Positions 59,621-64,000 of a DNA stretch of 64,000 bases are shown in pieces (position 1 is the stretch's first letter; every line of letters begins with the position of its first letter). Both the position numbers and the translations under genes were made by a program. The DNA is taken from the NCBI GenBank assembly GCA_041690355.1, contig JAWLHK010000001.1:248001-312000 (forward strand). The letters run 5' to 3'. The notes under the pieces were generated by a model. It saw only the letters and a program-made list of their open reading frames with translations, was not told the origin of the DNA and did no database searches. The stretch comes from a bacterium. Lineage in GTDB: Bacteria > J088 > JAWLBW01.

Positions 59621-59663
59621 CGTTGTCTCCTTGCAGGAGAGGGTAAGCAAGGGTCGTGCCAGT

Positions 59664-59710
59664 TGAGTCGAGAGTCGAGAGTCTTCGTCGTCGGTCTTCA
59701 GTCGTCAGTC
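59664..59710. repeat. Heptamer array arm (GAGTCGA)n/(CAGTCKT)n
   Basis: tgagtcgagagtcgagagtcttcgtcgtcggtcttcagtcgtcagtc. Confidence 0.55.
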
Positions 59711-59899
59711 ATTCCGCGCAGCAGCAGAGCATGGCGTATCCGCAATGAGACCGAACCGTGTCCCATGCCGCCGCAATCACCCCGCAGTTTTGGGTCCCCC
59801 CTCGGGGGACGACAGGGGGTCTTGCGACAGGGGGGCCGTATGCAGGCAGGGGGCCAGCGGGTCACTCTACCACGGCCGGAAGCCGGCCTCCAGAAACAG

Positions 59900-59930
59900 A
59901 AACGCCCCGGCGGGGGAACCGCCGGGGCGT
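59900..59930 (-). terminator. Intrinsic terminator of the rpoD operon
   Basis: Stem acgccccggcgg/ccgccggggcgt, with a U-rich tail on the minus strand. Confidence 0.8.
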
Positions 59931-59951
59931 GGAAATGGTGCCGTCAGACGC

Positions 59952-61685
59952 TCAGGACTGTTCGACGAAGCACTTGAGCTTCTTGCTGCGGCTCGGGTGC
60001 AGCAACTTCTTGAGCGCCTTGGCTTCAATCTGGCGGATGCGCTCGCGCGTGACCGCAAAGTCGCTCCCCACCTCTTCGAGCGTGTGGTCGCTCCCCTCGC
60101 CGATGCCGAAGCGCAGGCGCAACACGCGCTCTTCCTTCGGCGAGAGCGTGGCGAGCACCTTGCGGGTCTGCTCAGAGAGGTCGCCGTTGATGATCGACTC
60201 GACCGGGGTCAGCGTGTTCTTGTCTTCGATGAAATCCCCCAGGTTGCTCTCCTCGTCGTCGGCCACCGGGGTCTCGAGCGAGATCGGCTCCTTCGAGATG
60301 CGCAGCACCTTGCGCACCTTCTCTTCGGAGATCTCCATGCGCACTCCGATTTCCTCCGGAGTCGGTTCGCGGCCGAGCTCCTGGGTGAGAAAGCGCTGCG
60401 TGCGCACGACCTTGTTGATCGTCTCGATCATGTGGACCGGAATGCGGATCGTGCGCGCCTGGTCGGCAATGGAGCGCGTGATCGCCTGGCGGATCCACCA
60501 CGTCGCGTAGGTGGAAAACTTGTAGCCGCGGCGGTACTCGAACTTCTCGACCGCCTTCATGAGCCCGATGTTCCCCTCCTGGATGAGATCGAGGAACTGG
60601 AGGCCGCGGTTCGTGTACTTCTTGGCGATCGAGACCACGAGTCGCAGGTTCGCCTCGGTGAGCTGCTTACGGGCACGGTCCATGCGCACCTTGCCCTTGC
60701 GCACCTGGTCGATGGCTTGCTTGAGCTGATTGACCGAGACCTCGGCCTGCTCGACTTCGCGACGGATGCGCTCGATGGCCCCGTAGGCGCGCTTGTCGTA
60801 CCGGTCGCCCCCCTTGAGCTTGAGCAGCGTCTTCTTCGGCACCGTGCCCGGGCCGAAGCCGTCGTCGAGCTTGCGCGCCCGGATGTAGTCGCGAAGAATC
60901 GCCTCGGCACGCTCGATACGGGCCAGCGAATCGAAGAGCGAGCGGATGAACCCCTGCTCGAACTCGGGCGAGATCGACAGGTCGTCGATGGTCTTGAGGA
61001 TCTTCTCGCGCAGCTCCTGATCCTGCGCGCGCAGGGTTTCGCGCTGCCTGGCCGGCGTGGTCGCCTTGAGCAGCTTGCGCGAGATGTCGCGGCGCTTGTC
61101 GGTCAAATCGACGAGCGTGTCCATGTGCTTGAGCAGGCGCCGCTTCTCCTTGACCTCGTCCCACTTCTGCTCGGGATTGTAGTCGTTGGTGAATTTGCGG
61201 GCCGAGAGCTTGCCGGCGCGCATCTGATCGCCGAGGGCCGTGATGAGGCGGATCGTGCCGGGCAGGCCATAGATGGCCACACGCTGCAGCTCGCGCCCCT
61301 CTTCGAGGCGCTTGGCGATTTCGATTTCGTCTTCGCGCTTGAGCAGGCTCACGCTCCCCATCTCGGTGAGGTACATGCGCACCGTGTCGTTGGCCTGCTG
61401 CGAATCGAACTCGTCGCCGGGCTCCTCGTCGGCGTCCTCCTCTTCTTCGTGGTCGTCGATCGCGCCCACCGAGAAATCGGGAGTCTCGCCCTCGGGCCGG
61501 CGCGGCGCGGCGCCGAAGAGGTCGGTCATGTCGTCGCCCGGTTCTTCGTCGGCAAGCAGGGCGACTTCTTCGTAACTGAGATAGCCTTCGCCCGATTTGG
61601 CGCTCGCGCGCCCCCGCCGGCGTCCGGCGGCTTTGTTCGGGGTGGGCTGGTCCGTGCTCTTACTGGTCTTGCTCCTGGTAGACAT
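59952..61685 (-). CDS. rpoD: RNA polymerase primary sigma factor
   Basis: [66 protein letters not shown]; downstream of dnaG. Confidence 0.97.
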   Translation of the reverse strand: MSTRSKTSKSTDQPTPNKAAGRRRGRASAKSGEGYLSYEEVALLADEEPGDDMTDLFGAAPRRPEGETPDFSVGAIDDHEEEEDADEEPGDEFDSQQANDTVRMYLTEMGSVSLLKREDEIEIAKRLEEGRELQRVAIYGLPGTIRLITALGDQMRAGKLSARKFTNDYNPEQKWDEVKEKRRLLKHMDTLVDLTDKRRDISRKLLKATTPARQRETLRAQDQELREKILKTIDDLSISPEFEQGFIRSLFDSLARIERAEAILRDYIRARKLDDGFGPGTVPKKTLLKLKGGDRYDKRAYGAIERIRREVEQAEVSVNQLKQAIDQVRKGKVRMDRARKQLTEANLRLVVSIAKKYTNRGLQFLDLIQEGNIGLMKAVEKFEYRRGYKFSTYATWWIRQAITRSIADQARTIRIPVHMIETINKVVRTQRFLTQELGREPTPEEIGVRMEISEEKVRKVLRISKEPISLETPVADDEESNLGDFIEDKNTLTPVESIINGDLSEQTRKVLATLSPKEERVLRLRFGIGEGSDHTLEEVGSDFAVTRERIRQIEAKALKKLLHPSRSKKLKCFVEQS

Positions 61686-61785
61686 TCACGTCCTCCTCAA
61701 GCTGAACGCTGCGTGCCCCACGCAACGCACGGAATCATTCGACGGACGAATCTGGGCCTGCGGAACCGTCGAATCAAGTAGCGAA

Positions 61786-63603
61786 TCAATGAATCCGGGA
61801 CAGCGTCGCCAGCGATCGCTCGCCGCGCCGCAATGACTCCCGGATGTGCTGAAGGCGGATGACCTCCTGGGTGATGGATTCGACCTCGGGCCCTTCGAGC
61901 CCGATGAGCGAAAGTTTCATATCCCGCACCCGCTCTTCGATATGGCGCACAAAAAGCAACGACAGCGCATCCAGCAGACTGCCGTGAGCGACCTCCTCAT
62001 GCTGTTCGCTGCCGGTCAAGCCGTCGACCAGCAGGCGGTTGATGAACCCTCCGAGCTCTTCGTCGGCATACAGGGCGTCGGGCACCTCGCGGGCCTGATC
62101 GTCTGCCCCCGGATCCCACTCGAGCAGGATCGAGGCGGCGCGCCGCAGAAGCGGATCGGAAAACTTGTCGACGAAGCGCAGGTCGCGGAACGTCGGGATG
62201 AGTTTCGGGTAATGCAGAAGAAGTTTGACGACCATGACTTCTTCCTGGGGAAAACGGGCCAGCGTCGAGAGCTGCGCCGCCGGGGCCTCGACCCGCGGAC
62301 GCTCACGCGAGGCCTGCACGAGCCGGCTCGCGATCTGATGGCGCAGATTGCCCTCGTCGAACTGCGAGCGCTCGGCCACCTTCTTGAGGTAGAGCGAGCG
62401 CTCGAACGGATCGCGCAGCCGCGCAACGGTATCGAGTGCGTGGCGCACCCAGCCGGCCACACCGGGGGCGTCCTTGGGGGCCTTGTCCCAGGCGCGGTTG
62501 AGAAAGTAGCCGACGAGCGGTTCGGCGTTCTTCAGCCGTTCGCGCAGGGCGTCGCCGCCGTGGCGCAGGACGAAATCATCGGGATCGAGGTTGTCTTCGA
62601 GACGCACCATGCGCGCCGGAATGCCGACCTCGAGCACAAGATCGACGGCGCGCTCGGCGGCCTTTTCACCCGCATTGTCGCCGTCGAATAGAAAAACCGC
62701 CGACGAGGCGTAGCGCTGCACGAGGTCGAGGTGTTCGCGCGTGAGGGCCGTGCCGAGCGGCGCGACGACGTTGCGGATCCCCGCCTGCCAGAGCGCGATG
62801 ACGTCGACGTAACCCTCGACGAAGACGACGTAGCCTTCGCGCCCGATGGCGGGAATCGCTTCGGACAGCCCGTAGAGGGTCTGCCCCTTCTTGAAGAGCG
62901 CCGTTTCGGGGGAATTCAGGTATTTCGGCGTTTCGTCGCCGAGGGCCCGCCCGCCGAAGCCGACGACATGGCCGCGCGTGTCCCGGATGGGGAAGACGAT
63001 GCGGTTGCGGAACATGTCGTAGTAGTCGTGCTTCTTGACGATGAGCCCGAGCTCGGCCGCCATGGCCAGATCGGCCCCCTTCTTGCGCAGAAATTCGACG
63101 AGCGTCGTCCACTGGTTCGGGGCGTAGCCGATCTGAAAGGCGGCGACAGCCGCTTCTTCGAGCCTGCGTTTTTCAAGGTAGGCCCGGGCCTCGGCGGCCG
63201 ACTGCTGCGATTTACGCAGGATCTGGTGATAGAACTGGGCGACGAGATCCTGCAGGTCTTCGAGCCGGCGCTTCTTCTCACGCCGCTTCTCCCAGTCGGG
63301 GCTGACCGTGCGCTCGGGCAGCGCCACGCCGGCCTCGCGGGCCAGCTCTTCGAGGGCCTCGGGAAAGCTGAGGCCGCGGATCTTCATCAGAAAGCCCAGC
63401 GCGTCGCCGTTGGCCTGGCAGCCGAAGCAGTAGAAGACCCCTTTGGCTTCGTTGACCGAGAAGCTGGGGCTCTTTTCGGTATGAAACGGGCAGAGACCGA
63501 CGAGATTCTTCCCTCCGCGACGCAGCGTCGTGTACCGCCCCACGAGGGTGGCGATGTTCACGCGACGCTTGACTTCGTCGATGATGGAGGGATCGACAAT
63601 CAC
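61786..63603 (-). CDS. dnaG: DNA primase
   Basis: CPFH.EKSPSF..CFGC zinc ribbon, FRNRI.FPI, KYLNSPET, EGY.D, FDGD.AG, DPDD. Confidence 0.97.
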   Translation of the reverse strand: MIVDPSIIDEVKRRVNIATLVGRYTTLRRGGKNLVGLCPFHTEKSPSFSVNEAKGVFYCFGCQANGDALGFLMKIRGLSFPEALEELAREAGVALPERTVSPDWEKRREKKRRLEDLQDLVAQFYHQILRKSQQSAAEARAYLEKRRLEEAAVAAFQIGYAPNQWTTLVEFLRKKGADLAMAAELGLIVKKHDYYDMFRNRIVFPIRDTRGHVVGFGGRALGDETPKYLNSPETALFKKGQTLYGLSEAIPAIGREGYVVFVEGYVDVIALWQAGIRNVVAPLGTALTREHLDLVQRYASSAVFLFDGDNAGEKAAERAVDLVLEVGIPARMVRLEDNLDPDDFVLRHGGDALRERLKNAEPLVGYFLNRAWDKAPKDAPGVAGWVRHALDTVARLRDPFERSLYLKKVAERSQFDEGNLRHQIASRLVQASRERPRVEAPAAQLSTLARFPQEEVMVVKLLLHYPKLIPTFRDLRFVDKFSDPLLRRAASILLEWDPGADDQAREVPDALYADEELGGFINRLLVDGLTGSEQHEEVAHGSLLDALSLLFVRHIEERVRDMKLSLIGLEGPEVESITQEVIRLQHIRESLRRGERSLATLSRIH

Positions 63604-64000
63604 TTCGCGGCCCCCGCCAGTCTCTCGCGCACCCGTGCGCTCACGATCTTGCCGTCGGCGCGCCCCTTCACGTGGGGCATGAGCGCCGCCATGACCTTGC
63701 CCATGTCGCCGGGCGAGGCGGCTCCGCTTTCTGCGACGGCCCGCTCGATCAGGCCGTCGAGCTCTTCGGTCGACAGCTGCGCGGGCATGTACTGTTCGAT
63801 GACGGCCAGCTCACTCTTCTCGCGCTCGGCGACGTCGTCGCGCCCGGCCGCCTCGGCCTCGGCGATGGCGTCGCGGCGCTTCTTGATGATGGAGCTCAGG
63901 GCGTCGACCGTCTCCTCTTCGGTGAGCGGGGCGCGCTTGTCGATTTCGCGGTTCTTCAGCTCGGCGAGCACCATGCGCACGGTGGTCAGGGCCACCGCGT
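63600..64000 (-). CDS. yqeY: GatB/YqeY domain protein; 5'-partial
   Basis: KKRRDAI....AGR.D.AE.E..E..VI..Y.PAQLS, DMGKVM, GRADGK; upstream of dnaG. Confidence 0.9.
   Translation of the reverse strand, partial: AVALTTVRMVLAELKNREIDKRAPLTEEETVDALSSIIKKRRDAIAEAEAAGRDDVAEREKSELAVIEQYMPAQLSTEELDGLIERAVAESGAASPGDMGKVMAALMPHVKGRADGKIVSARVRERLAGAAK

Noticed and set aside
59745-61781. Long antisense ORFs (for example 59745-61781, 56031-58178, 44752-46779, 16911-18575, 52203-54200)
   Set aside because: They are shadow frames of well-supported genes, expected in high-GC DNA.

Overview
A GC-rich bacterial chromosomal segment. The Myxococcus-type Cys-rich repeats and many lipoproteins suggest a Myxococcota/deltaproteobacteria-like host, which is inference only. 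The left part (1-29 kb) is accessory-like: a eukaryote-like UMP-CMP kinase fusion, a Cys-rich repeat lipoprotein, a TetR-controlled Ig-repeat lipoprotein, a Fic protein and a nitrite/NO-respiration cluster. That cluster has a Crp/Fnr regulator, two NnrS-type genes, DUF2249, nirK-cytochrome c/nirV/SCO/porin and norCBQD, with four ATGAY-N4-GTCAY boxes. It is split by a 5.5-kb integrase-free insert in which two promoter-bearing lipoprotein cassettes are each bounded by copies of the last ~62 bp of the Crp gene. The right part (29-64 kb) is mostly core: DUF1538/P-II, P-type ATPase, GMC oxidase, aspA/fumC-family lyase, truD, ftsK-lolA-yajQ, pckA, fur-FTR1, speA and yqeY-dnaG-rpoD. It also has tandem paralogous lipoprotein pairs, polarised mix-and-match heptamer-array elements and two long REP-like hairpins. 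I saw no rRNA, tRNA, CRISPR, transposase or integrase. All calls are by-eye motif recognition; no searches were run.
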